Assembly: GCA_008632985.1 (NCBI GenBank)
Contig: QPGO01000131.1
Span: 62,001-126,000, forward strand
DNA from: Psammoneis japonica
Taxonomy: Eukaryota
DNA length: 64,000 nucleotides
Direction of reading: 5' to 3'
Notes under the pieces: model-generated
Told to the model about the DNA's origin: nothing
The model's database searches: none
The model's input: only the letters and a program-made list of their open reading frames with translations
Translations under genes and position numbers: made by a program
In this document: positions 46,236-56,614 of the stretch, piece after piece
Layout of the letters: every line of letters starts with the position of its first letter
Numbering within the stretch: position 1 is the first letter of the stretch

Positions 46236-47654
46236 CTACTGACGAGTGTTAGTAGTGTATGTATGTAGATCGGCATCTGGGTCGTCCAACATGGCTTCAC
46301 TGATGCGCTGTCGGTGTGTTTTACCATGTCCTTTTTCTGGGCTCTTTCGTGTGTGGATTTTGGCCATCATTTTTTCACGAAATTCAGGATCTTGCCATTT
46401 CGCCTTGAGCGTTTCCGAGATGCGTTTGCGGACATCCTCAGCCAATTTTCTACCGTTTGACTTTTCCACCATGTTGTCGCGGTAAGACTTGTCGTTGGCC
46501 CATCTCTTTTTCATAGACGCACTGATTTTGGCTTTTGTTTCCGCGCTGTGTGTAGATCCGCGCCTCCACTTTGAGGGATCAACTGGCGTTCGTTTAATGT
46601 CACCCTTCGCCCACTTGTCCTTGAGCACTTTCGATATCTTTTCTTTCGTCTCTTTTGTGTGTCGATAGCCTCCCTTTTCGGTTCTTCTAGCCCGTCGCTC
46701 AGCTTCCTTTTTCCTTCGTTCCGCCCGTTTCTGTTCCTCGTACTCCTCCTCTGTAATACCCAGTTCCTCTAGTTTCTTGAGAAAGTTTTGCCGGTTCCTG
46801 GCTCGCACACCCGCTGCAATTCGCGCTCTTGTCTCCTCAGAACGTGCCTTTCCCTTGTTCCACGGGATTTTCCCCTTGTGTGCAGCTGATATTTTTGCCT
46901 TGGCCGCCTTGGTGTGGGAGTATCCACCGTTTGCGGTAGGACGAGGCATATCATCGTTCGTGGGTTGCTCTGTTTCCCGTGTCGGAATGTTAGACTCGTC
47001 TATTACTGAAGCACCATTAACAGTAACAGAATTTTCCTTTCCATTTGATGCTGGAACCGTAGTCAACAGAGTGGCATTACTTATACCGGAAGAGGAGTTC
47101 TGCGGAGCAGGGTCACTGCTTTTTCCATTCACTGTAGCTTCCGCTGTCGCATTCTGCGCCGGAGCAACTACATTTTCGACTGTAACTTCAGCTTTGTCAA
47201 CTTGGGTAGAAGGGCCTGGCGATTCAGCTATATCCACTTCTGTGCTCCACAATCTAACCAAGCCCAGTGAAGGCGAAGAACACTGTCCTAGCTCAGTCGA
47301 TTGAAATAGTGGCCGATGAAACGGAACTCTACGAGGACACGGAGGAGCGTTAAAGCACGGACCTCCACGGCGCTCTCGTCGGTGCATACCCCTTGACCAT
47401 GGTATCCATCGTCCTTGAAAGGCATCAACAACAACCCTAGGGCGAGTCTGACTTCCACCGGGCAGCAATAACAGGATTGAAGCCAGAGTTGCAGCGAGCG
47501 GTATTTTTCGTCTGCGTCGCTTAGAAGTTGACCTCTGAGGTCTCATCTCTGAATCCATCGTTTCTCTCGCCGCTTTTCTTTTCACTGTTATCCCTAGCTT
47601 TGCTATTTTCCGTTCTGTGGTGTTCTTGGTTGCCGAAAGCCTCTTGTTTAGCAT
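46236..47654 (-). CDS. 3'-truncated paralog of the NUMOD3-like protein, with an open frame and a new short tail
   Basis: 472-aa ORF similar to copy A up to RISEAM, then LDDPDADLHTYTTNTRQ from junction DNA. Confidence 0.65.
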   Translation of the reverse strand: MLNKRLSATKNTTERKIAKLGITVKRKAARETMDSEMRPQRSTSKRRRRKIPLAATLASILLLLPGGSQTRPRVVVDAFQGRWIPWSRGMHRRERRGGPCFNAPPCPRRVPFHRPLFQSTELGQCSSPSLGLVRLWSTEVDIAESPGPSTQVDKAEVTVENVVAPAQNATAEATVNGKSSDPAPQNSSSGISNATLLTTVPASNGKENSVTVNGASVIDESNIPTRETEQPTNDDMPRPTANGGYSHTKAAKAKISAAHKGKIPWNKGKARSEETRARIAAGVRARNRQNFLKKLEELGITEEEYEEQKRAERRKKEAERRARRTEKGGYRHTKETKEKISKVLKDKWAKGDIKRTPVDPSKWRRGSTHSAETKAKISASMKKRWANDKSYRDNMVEKSNGRKLAEDVRKRISETLKAKWQDPEFREKMMAKIHTRKSPEKGHGKTHRQRISEAMLDDPDADLHTYTTNTRQ

Positions 47655-48369
47655 TGAAACCCAGCATCCAACCTGCCTTCAGGATGAGAGTGATGGAGGT
47701 GATTAGTCTAGGTGCGATTTGATTGGTTGTTGACGTCGTGTCGGGGCCACTGACGATTGCCGTAAAAGGCAGTATGTTCTCTACGTAGAATGCGAAAGCA
47801 TCCGATGACGGACAGGGAATTCAAAAAGATCTCGGTGAAGATTTAGTAGCCCTACCGTAGATAGACTCCTCTTCCTCCTCTACTAGTAGCTAGAGCTAAG
47901 TAGCAACATCCTAGGAGACAACATGATAAAGGAGACGACAAAACGACAAGTAGGTATCGTCGAACGCACAGTTACAACACAAGACACCACGATGGCTTGG
48001 GTTTCCGGCACTTTCGACGACAAAAGTTTCTCCTCCTGATCCCAGTTCTTTTTCGAACGAATCATAAGTCCAAGAACTACAGTGTTCCCTTTCCATAGCC
48101 ATAGAAGTTGACCACACTTCTTGCCAAGACGACTTGGTGCCTTCCCAGGCTCTGCGTCTCTCAGGAACTCCTTTTCTTTCTACGTTTGCGCTTTTTTCGT
48201 TTCTTGTGCTTCTTCCTTTTTCGTTCAACGCTAGAGTCATCATTACTGCTTGTCCCATTCAATGACTGCTGTGAATCGTCGTCGCTCTCGTGGTGTTGTC
48301 TTTTGTTGGATTTTGTTTCGTTTGTGTGTCCCTCCATGGCGTTTCTTGCCTTGCGTGCTCCCACGGCTC
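46290..48369 (+). repeat. Direct segmental duplication, copy B
   Basis: Collinear with 42008-44062. Confidence 0.95.
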
Positions 48370-48964
48370 CACCCTTGTTGTGAAACAGCAAAGGTGCACA
48401 CCGCAGGCACAGACGTAGCTTTACCAATTCATTCTTTTGGACACCACCCTCTTTATACGAAAAGTTGACCTCGTAATCGTGCAATCCCAGTCCATGACGA
48501 ACACTTTTTAGTAGTTCCAATTCGTCTTCTTGGGTAGCTGGAGCGGCTGACTGGTAATAAGCTGCCTGCACGGTGTCAATTTCTCGTCTACTTTGGACCA
48601 CTCCCGTTTCTTTATAAGATGGACAATGCTTGTTGCCACACGTTTCGTGTCCTTTTCCTCCTTCAACTTCTGCTCTTGTACGCCATCGCAGACCAACCTG
48701 ACCGGGACGAGTCAAATCCGCCAAGACATACTCCTTATACAAGTGAGAATGATAGTTGTTCACCATACGCTCTTGCCACGATGAGCTCTTGTTGGACGGT
48801 ACAAAGGTATAACACCGCTCCAGTTCAGCTTGGTCTGCTGCACTCGTCACGTTTTTAACGCGGCGAGGCTTGATCTCATCCTGCTGCGCTCGGGCGGAAT
48901 GGGAATTTGGTGGTGGAGGACGGTTCTTTTCGACTCTATCTTTTCGAGGAACGATAGCAGACAT
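48161..48964 (-). CDS. FRA10AC1: FRA10AC1-like spliceosome-associated protein
   Basis: WQERMVNNYHSHLYKEYVLADL, GLRWRT..EV..GKG..TCGNKHC, YEVNFSY.E....NELVKLRLCLRCA. Confidence 0.88.
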   Translation of the reverse strand: MSAIVPRKDRVEKNRPPPPNSHSARAQQDEIKPRRVKNVTSAADQAELERCYTFVPSNKSSSWQERMVNNYHSHLYKEYVLADLTRPGQVGLRWRTRAEVEGGKGHETCGNKHCPSYKETGVVQSRREIDTVQAAYYQSAAPATQEDELELLKSVRHGLGLHDYEVNFSYKEGGVQKNELVKLRLCLRCAPLLFHNKGGAVGARKARNAMEGHTNETKSNKRQHHESDDDSQQSLNGTSSNDDSSVERKRKKHKKRKKRKRRKKRSS

Positions 48965-49410
48965 GTTCTGATTACAGTCCAGCGCACTTTGATTGCTTTA
49001 TTGTATCTCGCCGCTATTAATATTGCAACGGCAATGCAAAGATGGATAACCATCATCGTGAATATGACGGCGAGCGACGATTGCGCGTGAGCCGTGAGGC
49101 GTGCGCGAATACCTGTAGTCATGTAAAGGCGCGCGTGCTAATTCCAGATCTTTTTCTTGCGTGCATGCTCTGCTTCAGAAGATCCAGGATCCGACCATGG
49201 CGTATGTATCCTGAATCTCCAAGATAATCTCTACCATAGTAGCCTGCATCCATCGAGGCCTTCTACTGTTGATCCTTTGACGAGTCATTTCAAGACGACA
49301 AACCCCTGCTACTAGAGAGTGTGTCGCCGTGCGCAAGCTTTTCTTCCATGTCTTTGTCGAGTTGTGTTCTTGTCTTGTGCTGTTTTGCGTCGTATCAGGT
49401 AGCATATACA

Positions 49411-50232
49411 ATGTCTACTACTGTTTCCCTAAGAAGTCGTCTTCTTGCCTCTCGATCCGCAAAATCCTATGGTCCCTTTTTGTTGTCATCATCGCCAACG
49501 ATTGCTGAAATACTTGCAGGCATTGGATACTCGCATATTGTTGTGGATATGGAACACGCTCCCTTGGATATCGGCTCTACTCTCGACATGTTTCGCGCCA
49601 TTGACGCCATGAGGCATCCTTCTACAACCACCATTGTGCGCATGCCATGCCACAATGATGTAGCCATGACGAAAAAGATCTTGGACGTGCTAAAGAAACC
49701 GGCTGGGATTTTGTTTCCGTTAGTGGAGACTGCAGAGGATGCGAAATTGGCGGTTTCGAGTACACGATATCCAGAATTTGGTGGAATTCGAGGATGTGCA
49801 CATCCTTTTGTTCGAGCGTCTGGGTACGGAAAAGACACGGAATACTATGACAAGACATCGAGAGATCTGTTGACGATGGTGCAGGTGGAGTCTTTTGCAG
49901 CCATTCAAAACATACCAGAAATTGCAGCTGTTGAAGGGCTGGATGGTATTTTCATTGGACCATTTGATGTCAGTGCTAGTTTGGGCAAAGTGGGTCAATT
50001 TGAAGAGGGTGGAGAAGTAATGCAGCTCATTCGCCAGGCAGAACAGTCCGTGACGGATGCAGGAGTTGTTTTGGCGGGGTTTCGTAACGCAGATCGCAGC
50101 CTACATGACATGTTTTCGTCGGGCTATCAACTAGTATGTGGTTCAATAGACCTTGGTTTAATTCGCGATGCGGCCACTCGTGATCTCGAGGCGGCCGAAG
50201 CAATTATGGACGACGATACACATGCAGATTGA
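49411..50232 (+). CDS. HpcH/HpaI-family class II aldolase (GarL/RhmA-like)
   Basis: VVDMEHAP, IVRMP, RYPEFGGIRG, VQVES, IFIGPFDVSASLG. Confidence 0.9.
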   Translation: MSTTVSLRSRLLASRSAKSYGPFLLSSSPTIAEILAGIGYSHIVVDMEHAPLDIGSTLDMFRAIDAMRHPSTTTIVRMPCHNDVAMTKKILDVLKKPAGILFPLVETAEDAKLAVSSTRYPEFGGIRGCAHPFVRASGYGKDTEYYDKTSRDLLTMVQVESFAAIQNIPEIAAVEGLDGIFIGPFDVSASLGKVGQFEEGGEVMQLIRQAEQSVTDAGVVLAGFRNADRSLHDMFSSGYQLVCGSIDLGLIRDAATRDLEAAEAIMDDDTHAD

Positions 50233-50571
50233 GATCTTACTAGACGATGAGCTCTTAGAAGTAGTTTACGTTGCCGACAACTCCTGGTCTAGGCAGTCGT
50301 CGACGATACACTCCACCTTTAGTTGTTGGGACCACTCTCAGCTTATTGTATTGCAGACACTCTCTCTACTACTAGAGTAGCTGTTGTACAGCCCCGTGCT
50401 GGCGCCTCGGATCAAGCGCGTTATTCGCGCCTTTTTGCTTGTGTGTTTGGCTGACCAACAGTGGCGCGGACACGTCACTTCTCGCTTGCTCATTGATGTT
50501 GCAATGATCAATGATCGTTGCGTTGGTTGCTTGCATCATTTGATTTCTTTGTTCTTATCGTAGCTTCTACA

Positions 50572-52040
50572 ATGGAAATGACACCAAAAGCTGCGCTAGC
50601 GTTGAAAGGGAGGAAAAGGAACTTTTTGGTGGGATGCTTTCTTGTTTTGCTGAATATACTTCCATGTACTTCAATTTCAATGCGTGGGATTGCGGAACGA
50701 CCAAGGGCAGGTTGGGGTGTAACGACTTGGGCACAGGGTGGGGCCTTATGCGGAAGCTCATCTCAAACAACAGTCTCTCCGTGGAAGTCAAGTGTTTCGT
50801 TTGTGTCCTCTGCGTCATTACTGAAACGTGATCACAATTTCTCAAGAATACGGCGAGCAAGGTGCATACTCTTCATGGGCAAGGGGGATGGGAAAAAGAA
50901 GCGAAAGAAAAAGTCGGCGTCGACCACACCAGCAGTACCATCTCAACCAGCAAAACAGCCTGCGCCACAACGGGTTTCTAACGATATCAATGTACCCATT
51001 CGAATGCAAATTAAATATGGTCGCATGAGAAAAGAAGCTGCGCGACAAGCAGGGTCAAGCTTTCGTCAGAAAAAGGTGGAAAGAACAAAGTTTCGAAAAA
51101 CGTGGAGTAAGTTCAGTCTTTTGTTTATGCTTTGATATTGCTGATCTCTTCATCAACCTTATGAATCAACTCATTCTTACTGTCTGTCGGCTGTTCTGTA
51201 GACGAAGAAGAAATTGAATTGAAACGAGAAGAGCGCAAACGCAAAGGGCAGGATCCGGATTGGGATGTCATTTTGAGTCGAAATGCAACACGGCCGCTTG
51301 TGATTGTCGATGGGTATAACATTATACATAAATGGCCACGATTGAAGAAGCACATGAGAAAAGGGGACTTGCCACGCGCACGGCGATTGCTTATTGATGA
51401 TTTGGAAGATTTGCGATCCATCAACAAGTGGAGAATTGAAGTGGTCTTTGATGGCATGGGAAGATCAACAGCTGGACCTCTCGCATCGACGGGTACTGGA
51501 ATCAACAATAGCCACAGACCGTCACCGCAGGATAAACAGGCCAACATTGATGTCAGCAAACACGGTGTGCGTGTAGTATTTACCGGCGTGGGGGTAGAAG
51601 CAGACTCGTACATCGAATCACGTTGTGCTGAAGCCAAGAAAGTAACAGAAGGCGAAACGACGGGATCCTTTATTGTTGCAACGGATGACTCTATGATTCG
51701 ACTGGCAGGAACCAGTGCGGGTGCCCTTTGTATGAGTGCAGACCGTCTCGTGAATGAGCTCAAAGCAGTAAGGGCAAACACCGGCTATCGAGTTGAAGCT
51801 GCAGTCGCCAAGGCCAATGGCCACGCAATTCGACCCGAGAAGTTACGAGGGACGGACTTCAACTTGCAATTTGGTAGGAATCAATTTGTGATTGAAGATA
51901 AACGAAACCGAACAAATACAAAGAAGTTGGAGAAGCAAGAGTTTGAACGACAAGCCCTCGCCGTGGATTTGAAGCTAGACGAAGATGACGACGATTTTTG
52001 GTGGGCAACAATACCAAATCACACGAGAAGATACCCGTAG
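50572..52040 (+). CDS. NYN-domain (YacP/Rae1-like) ribonuclease, probably plastid-targeted; intron 51107-51201
   Basis: VIVDGYNIIHKW, EVVFDG, EADSYIE, VATDD; hydrophobic leader followed by a Ser-rich transit-like region. Confidence 0.85.
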
Positions 52041-52188
52041 ACCACAGGTAAAACCAACTCTCTTATAATTTATAGAAAATAATAGAAGCATTGCTCATAA
52101 ATCCCACGGATTGTCAAAACAGGAAAGTAAAAAGGTATGCCTCGGAGTTGTCGGTTCACATCCCACATCTCATGACATTCTATCCTTC

Positions 52189-52374
52189 TTACTTTTTAGT
52201 TTCAGCCTTGGTACTTGTACTCGATTGCGTTAGACACGACTGCATTGGGAAGCGGTACTTCCAGTTAGGACAACGATCTTGTTCCTTGACGCCTCTAAGC
52301 GCACTCTCGATATGCATGCCACATCCACTCCACGTGGGCTTTCCGCAAGTACGGCAAGTTACTCTCTGGCACAT
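52189..52374 (-). CDS. Small Cys/His-rich putative zinc-binding protein (61 aa)
   Basis: MCQRVTCRTCGKPTWSGCGMHIESAL...RC, a pattern I recognise from small conserved hypothetical proteins. Confidence 0.7.
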   Translation of the reverse strand: MCQRVTCRTCGKPTWSGCGMHIESALRGVKEQDRCPNWKYRFPMQSCLTQSSTSTKAETKK

Positions 52375-52714
52375 GACAAAAGCCAAAAGCGATCCCAAGT
52401 TGCGAACCAATCGATCGTGGGGATATGATGAGTAAGATGCGAAGCATAATAAGCAATGATGGGAAAGGCACGTGATTATGGTAGCGTGTGATGTGGTGGC
52501 GGGAAAATAGAAACTCCGAAAATTACCTTGTGACGTGTTATACCAACTTTCACGCTTGTTGTACATACGTGATTCATAGTACCAGAGCTACGTGGGAAAG
52601 TTACCTTTTGGCGCGCGCATAGGTCGTCTGTATGTCAACCCAACAGACAGATGGACGGACATGATGAAATCCAAGAAAAGTGTGTCACAACAACAAAAAC
52701 GAAGGCTGTCAACC

Positions 52715-53674
52715 ATGGCATCAAACTCTGCTCCCAACGGGACAATCCCTGGTGCAGCGGCCTCTGGTACGGCTTCTGATGGAAGTGATAAAAAGGGAAA
52801 AGGAAGTGCTGTTGTTTCAGCGGAGACTTATGGGCGTTTAGATACCGAAAGCGTATCAAATCAGGTATGGATGCTTCGAGTCCCACCCAAACTCGCAAAA
52901 GTCTGGGAGGGTGCACCAGAAGGGACTGTGTTGGGTGATTTGGTGTTTACAAAAGGAGGGGACGTGCAAGTGGCTTCTGGAAATAATACGAAACCAGCCG
53001 CGCAAAAGAAAAAGACACCGCCGTCTTTTGAAGTTCATGTTAATGAAGACTTAGCAAACACTTCAGCAGCAAGTACGCAGCAAAACAACAGCGATTTACC
53101 CTTGACGTATAGCCTCCAAGCAATGACAAAGCGCGTGCCAGTCTTGCACCCTTTTACTCGACACCCAGATGGCTCGGTCAAATTGCACGGCACTGTAACC
53201 CGGTCGGCCAATTTGCAAATGAAACCGCAGGACGAACGCTACCGGCAGTTGTGCAAGAACCGCCTGTTGCAACAAAACGTGAATTCCGATCGTTATGTCC
53301 GTCCTGTAGATGCTACGGAGCTATCGGTACGCAAAACACATGTCAGTGCTGCTCTGCAGACATCTTCGGGAGGAGGTTTTGGCAACGCTGTTCAGGCATT
53401 TGGCTCGCGACTACTAGAAGCCACACAGAGCGGCGGAGCGGACGTTTCCAATTCCAGAAAACGCAAATACGAAGGACAAACAACACGGTCGGTTGTCTTT
53501 GAATTGTTTTCGGAGAAGCCATATTGGACTGTCAAGGAAATGCGAAGTGTGTGTGGACGCCCCGAAAAGGAAATACGTGCCGTTCTTGGAGAGATTGGCG
53601 AGTTTCATCGCAGCGGGGAACACAAGGGTTCCTGGAGTCTACGGAGTGAATTTCAGAAACAGGATGGGAAGTAA
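52715..53674 (+). CDS. GTF2F2: Transcription initiation factor TFIIF beta subunit (RAP30)
   Basis: VWMLRVPPKLAKVW, KLHGTV; winged-helix tail LFSEKPYWTVKEM...PEKEIRAVLGEIG...G.WSLRSEF. Confidence 0.85.
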   Translation: MASNSAPNGTIPGAAASGTASDGSDKKGKGSAVVSAETYGRLDTESVSNQVWMLRVPPKLAKVWEGAPEGTVLGDLVFTKGGDVQVASGNNTKPAAQKKKTPPSFEVHVNEDLANTSAASTQQNNSDLPLTYSLQAMTKRVPVLHPFTRHPDGSVKLHGTVTRSANLQMKPQDERYRQLCKNRLLQQNVNSDRYVRPVDATELSVRKTHVSAALQTSSGGGFGNAVQAFGSRLLEATQSGGADVSNSRKRKYEGQTTRSVVFELFSEKPYWTVKEMRSVCGRPEKEIRAVLGEIGEFHRSGEHKGSWSLRSEFQKQDGK

Positions 53675-54113
53675 ATCGGAGAGATGGCTATGATGTGTAG
53701 AGGGGTAACCATGAATTGCAATTAAAACATTTGATTTTTGTTGAGCAAATCAAGCGTTGCTGTTGCTCTATCGATAGCTTGTAGTTTGCTTGAATGACAA
53801 AAGATAACGCCTCAACAACGCCACAGACAGAGAGAGGTGATGAAATGTGTATTTTTTGAACTGCGAAGCGTGTACGGATGTTCGTCGTACCGGTATAAGT
53901 GTAACGCCTTGATATGTCGTTCTCTTGCCAGAAGTCCCGACGAACCGCTTTTGAAACCCTTTAGTTTCTTACTCGTACGTCGTGCATTATCTACCGTATG
54001 ACTAAGCCTCAAGACATTACATTGTTAAGCTAGTGACAAAGCAAATTCATGTATGTGTTACAGGTGATGTATTGGTGTAGGTGTAGACTAGCTGGATAAT
54101 TCGTATTCTTGAT

Positions 54114-55826
54114 CTAGAAGTCCATCATCTGAGCTTGATGCCGTCGCACAGCACTTCTCTGAAGCGCTGCACAATGCAACCTCATGTTCTTCTCTACGAT
54201 TTCATCGACAATCGCAGCAAAACATATAAACAGCGCGGGATCAACCCCCCGGGCAACCGACAGTGCCATGTGGACGTCATTCTCATCGTTAGCATTCAAG
54301 GAAATGGTTGCACAACCCTTGTATTCTCTTTCAAACTCGGTTCGTCCGACAACACAAATATCGGCCGATCCTGCAGATGTGTGATTCGCACGATAGGATG
54401 GTTCCTTTTCAAACCTACCGTCGGATCCGGTTGACATGTAAATAGAATATGTAAAGGACATGGGAAATTCTCCGTCAGTGACAATTTCAGCCCACGCGTA
54501 GAGCGGCATTGTGCTCGACCATCTGATACCTAAATCCTTGGTTGTTGCAGCGTGTCGTTGACCATATACGCGTTGCTTCGTAGCGTAGATCCTTACAATG
54601 GGTGATCCATTTAGCGACTTTAGCGCACAAACAGCCAGCGGAATCCCTGATCGCCGATGAAGCAATACAATATAATGATCGGGACTCTTTTGTTGTTTTG
54701 GCAATTGATATGCATGTAATTGTCTGCCTCTGTTCCGATCTACCATTCCGAGAGACCCTGTAACAGCCATGTCTAGAAAGGAAGACCCATCAATGGCGAG
54801 GTTCACAGGAGACGAAGGTACACCGGGAAACAAATCAACAACGGACGGATCAGATCTATTCGATGACCCATCAGAGCTGATGCTCTCAACGGTAGGGGTG
54901 GAGTCCTGCCTTTTCTTCGGAATGCCAGTTGACATGAGTACTGATAAATAAGCTGAAGGGTCGGGACAAAATCTCAAATATTGATTCCGGTAATAGTCCG
55001 ACATCTTGGCAGCCATGGAAAGATTCAAAACGTTGGTAGCAACTCCTGTTCCATGCGCAGGTGGGTAAGTCAAGCAACTGTACTTTCCATCAACCGACAA
55101 CAGTTCTCTTGATGGGTAGCTTCCAACTACTCCTGAATTCGATTTCTGGTTGTGACCTCTGCCGGTGTGGAGCTGCGGACTCCGCTGAATGTCATCAGTA
55201 GATTCGAATGCAACGAATTGTGCCATATTAGCATGCTCCCGATTGCCGTTAACGCTGACATCAGAGAAAGTTGAGCCCCGACTGGACGAAGAAGAGCTAC
55301 TGGATGAGAGGTACGAACGTCGCCGTTCTCTGCTCCGGCGTTTACTTCCTCTTCTAGTTGGAAGGGACTCCTCACGGCAGGCAGCACGCAGAATTTGTTG
55401 CTCACGAAAAGTATCCTCGTGGAGTCTCGATCTTCTGGCGTTTCGGGGGTTAGCTTTCATTGCATATCGATCGGAATTTGAGACCAAAAGTGTCGTATCT
55501 GTGTCAATTGTCACGTTTGTGAAAGTTGTGGCTGCTTGAGAAGGTGCTCTCCTGTGGCCATACAAAATCCCAGAGTCCGAGTCAGAGTCGTCGCAGCTGT
55601 CGAAAAAGGGATCATCTGCATTTTCGTGTTCTATTACACCAAATGCTTGAAGTGTGGTCTTCTGGGCGTCAAGTGCTGTCACCTCCGCTTGATGATGAAG
55701 CATGCTGTCAACTTCGTCACGGTCTAAAATGCAGCGATTGCCCCGATCAGGTCTATGAGACACGAGAAAGCTGGTGTCGTCATATTCATCGGAGACACTC
55801 GGAGGAACAACTGCACATTGTCCCAT
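54114..55826 (-). CDS. Hypothetical protein with a Ser-rich N-terminal half and a possible Tubby-C-like C-terminal domain
   Basis: 570-aa ORF with normal composition; MGQC start; ends VARGVDPALFICFAAIVDE. Confidence 0.7.
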   Translation of the reverse strand: MGQCAVVPPSVSDEYDDTSFLVSHRPDRGNRCILDRDEVDSMLHHQAEVTALDAQKTTLQAFGVIEHENADDPFFDSCDDSDSDSGILYGHRRAPSQAATTFTNVTIDTDTTLLVSNSDRYAMKANPRNARRSRLHEDTFREQQILRAACREESLPTRRGSKRRSRERRRSYLSSSSSSSSSRGSTFSDVSVNGNREHANMAQFVAFESTDDIQRSPQLHTGRGHNQKSNSGVVGSYPSRELLSVDGKYSCLTYPPAHGTGVATNVLNLSMAAKMSDYYRNQYLRFCPDPSAYLSVLMSTGIPKKRQDSTPTVESISSDGSSNRSDPSVVDLFPGVPSSPVNLAIDGSSFLDMAVTGSLGMVDRNRGRQLHAYQLPKQQKSPDHYIVLLHRRSGIPLAVCALKSLNGSPIVRIYATKQRVYGQRHAATTKDLGIRWSSTMPLYAWAEIVTDGEFPMSFTYSIYMSTGSDGRFEKEPSYRANHTSAGSADICVVGRTEFEREYKGCATISLNANDENDVHMALSVARGVDPALFICFAAIVDEIVEKNMRLHCAALQRSAVRRHQAQMMDF

Positions 55827-56614
55827 TCTGCAGGCAACAAGATTCTAGGTTTGTATCTTCTAGTAAAGCAACTATTCCACGAAATCCGGCTGGTCCCCAA
55901 TCCTAATCCCAACTTGATCTGGTCTCCAATAGGTCAACTGCCAGCAATGGAAGTGAGTCGGCCTCTCCTTTTAGCGAAAGATGGCTACAACTGACGTTAA
56001 TCTTGCCGTGCTTGTTGTGGCCGCCTGGTGCTCACATGCACATTTTGAAGTCGAAAGTGATATGAGTCTTGTTCTGTAATGCGAGTGATGACCAACTCCA
56101 TTCCGCATCCGACCAAAGCCTATATCAGTATCGTCACAATCCGTTATATTTGTATCCGTTCCTTTTATTTCTCTAGCTAAATTTGGCGGGCAATCTCTCC
56201 GATACCGATAGTGGTAACCGTTGAACCGGGATTAGCATAAATAAAAAAACTGCTGAAATTTTTGCTGGCACGACTATTCCACCGTTTCCCGCCAAAACGC
56301 AACTCCCACTTCCAAAAATTTCATTCTCGAGCTCCTCTACCGTCCAGTAGTACGAGCGCGAAAGCTGCGAGAGGTCGGTATTCTTACCAACCTGGCCTCC
56401 GAAAACTCGCAACCTTCCCATTCCGTACAACTTGTTCTTAGTTTCGTTAAACTGGCTAAAGGACTCCGAATAGTACTGAGAAGCCAAAAAACTGAATAAT
56501 ACGGGATCCCGGATAAGTAGCGATTTATTGTTAAATTGACTAGAACTAGCTTACGGTGCGCAGAAAACTACTTTATCTTGTATGAAATGGGCGAGGAAGA
56601 ACCAAAAAGCAGAC

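Noticed and set aside
42008..48369. The 2-kb direct repeats as LTRs of the Copia element
   Set aside because: They consist of host gene sequence, and I saw no TG...CA termini, PBS or PPT.
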